Made by a program: the position numbers and the translations under genes
In this document: positions 62,481-64,000 of the stretch, one piece after another
How positions within the stretch are numbered: position 1 is the first letter of the stretch
How the letters are laid out: each line of letters begins with the position of its first letter
The notes under the pieces: generated by a model
Databases searched by the model: none
What the model was told of the DNA's origin: nothing
Seen by the model: only the letters and a program-made list of their open reading frames with translations
Assembly: GCA_030264375.1 (NCBI GenBank)
Contig: JASCQW010000001.1
Coordinates: forward strand, 87,257,657 to 87,321,656
Direction of reading: 5' to 3'
From: Carcharhinus longimanus
Taxonomy: Eukaryota
DNA length: 64,000 nt

Positions 62481-62554
62481 CATTCCCAAGACTGGTGGTA
62501 TGGAAGATTTTATTCACTTCCCACTCATTATCATCTTGAGTGTTCAATCAAAAA

Positions 62555-63950
62555 AAGACCCATTTATGCCAACTTTTTGTTTCCTATCTGCTAACCAGCT
62601 TTCTATCCATTTCAAGACATTATTGCAATCCCATGTGCTTTAACTTTACATAGTAGCCTGCTCAGTAAGAACAGCCTTCTGGAAAGCCTTCTGGAAGTCT
62701 AAATAAACCACATTCACTGATCTCCTCAGTCAACTCTACTAGTTACATCCTCAAAGAATTCCAATAAACTTGTCAAACATGATTTCCCTTTTGTAAACCC
62801 ATGCTGACTTTGTCTGATTATATCACTGCCTTCCAAATGTCGAGTCATGAAATCATTGATAATAGACCACAGCAACTTCTCCAGTACTGACGTTAGGCTC
62901 ACTAGTCTATAGTTCCCTGTTTTCTCTCTACTCCCATTTTTGAATATCACGCTTACATTAGTTACCTTCCAACACGTAGGAACTATTCCAGAGTCCAAAG
63001 AATTTTGGAAAATAACCATCAATAGATCTACTATTGCCAGAGCCACTTCCTTAAGTGCTCTGGGATGAAGATAATCAGGACCTGGAGATTTATTCACCTT
63101 TAATTCGATCAATTTCCCCAAAACCATTTTTCTACTCATGCTGATTTCCTTTTGTTTCTCACTAAAACATGTTTCTCTTAGCCCTTCTGATACATTATTC
63201 ATGTCTTCCTTTGTGAAGACTGAAACAAAGTAGAAATTTAATTCCTCGGCCATTTCTTTATTCTCAGTTGTGAATCCTCCCGTTTCTGACAATAAGAGGC
63301 CTACATTCATTTTTGTCAATTTTTTTTCTTTACATATCTATAGAAATGTTTACAGTTAGTTTTTATGTTTTCTGCTTGCTTTCTTTCATACTCTATTTTT
63401 CCTTTCTTAACTAATCCCTTAGTTCTCCTTTGCTGAATTTTAAACTGCCCCCAATCTTCAGGCCTATTGCTTTTTCTTGTCAATTCATATGCTTCTTCCT
63501 TGAATCTGATACTGTTCTAATTTTCTTAGTAAGTCATGGTTTGGTCACAATTCCCTTACCACTCTTGTGCCAACCAGGAGTAAACAACTTCTGGAGTTCA
63601 CCTATTCGTTTCTTTAAATGCCTGCCATTGCCTGTCCACTGTCTTTCCTTTCAATAATAATGGCCAATTCATGCCTCATACCATCATAGTACCTTCTTTG
63701 AGATTCAGGACACTGATCTCAAAATCAACGATATCATTATCCACCTTGACAAAGAATCGTACCATGTTACGGTCACTCATCCTCAAGGGTTCTCTCACAG
63801 CTAAATTGCCAACTAATTCTTTCTCATTACACAACACCCAGTCCAAGATGGCCTGCTGCCTTGTTGACTCCTCAACATATTGCTCCATAAAACCATCCCA
63901 CATGCACTCTAGAAATTCCTCCTCTATTGTACTATGACTAATTTGGCTCT
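62555..63950 (-). mobile_element. CR1 LINE ORF2 internal fragment (APE end, linker, RT start)
   Basis: ORF 63676-63903 reads QYVEESTRQQAILDWVLCNE..SDRN. ORF 62726-63319 reads KSPGPDYLHPRALKE...GNYRLVSLTSV...QHGFTKGKSCLTSLLEFFEDVT. Confidence 0.95.
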
Positions 63951-63960
63951 CCTAAGAAGT

Positions 63961-64000
63961 ACACAGTAAGAAGTCTCATAACACCAGGCTAAAGTCCAAT
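63961..64000 (-). mobile_element. Start of another Penelope terminal repeat (runs off the window)
   Basis: ACAGTAAGAAGTCTCATAACACCAGGCTAAAGTCCAA matches 13994-14027. Confidence 0.8.

Overview
Vertebrate genomic DNA, almost certainly from a shark. The HE1-type V-SINEs, CR1 LINEs and Penelope repeats match elasmobranch families; a carcharhiniform origin is my inference. The assembly is fragmented short-read data with many N gaps, several beside poly-G/C runs. The window is essentially intronic or intergenic and dominated by decayed transposable elements: CR1 and L2-like LINEs, Rex1/Babar-like tails, two V-SINE subfamilies, Penelope elements with hammerhead-ribozyme relics, two Gypsy remnants, solo LTRs and many PIF/Harbinger-type MITEs. 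I found no intact multi-exon gene. The best host-gene signal is a minus-strand exon at 62-189 that probably carries a start codon and signal peptide; I cannot identify the gene. Weaker signals are a plus-strand promoter/exon chain (about 45.4 kb, 52.7 kb, 59.5 kb), whose middle exon holds a prohormone-like small ORF, and a PBX-HOX/MEIS motif cluster at about 48.4 kb. I could not establish a new biological system, so the findings are testable candidates. Repeat boundaries are approximate unless a TSD or TIR is quoted, and family names come from recalled consensus features, not a database search.
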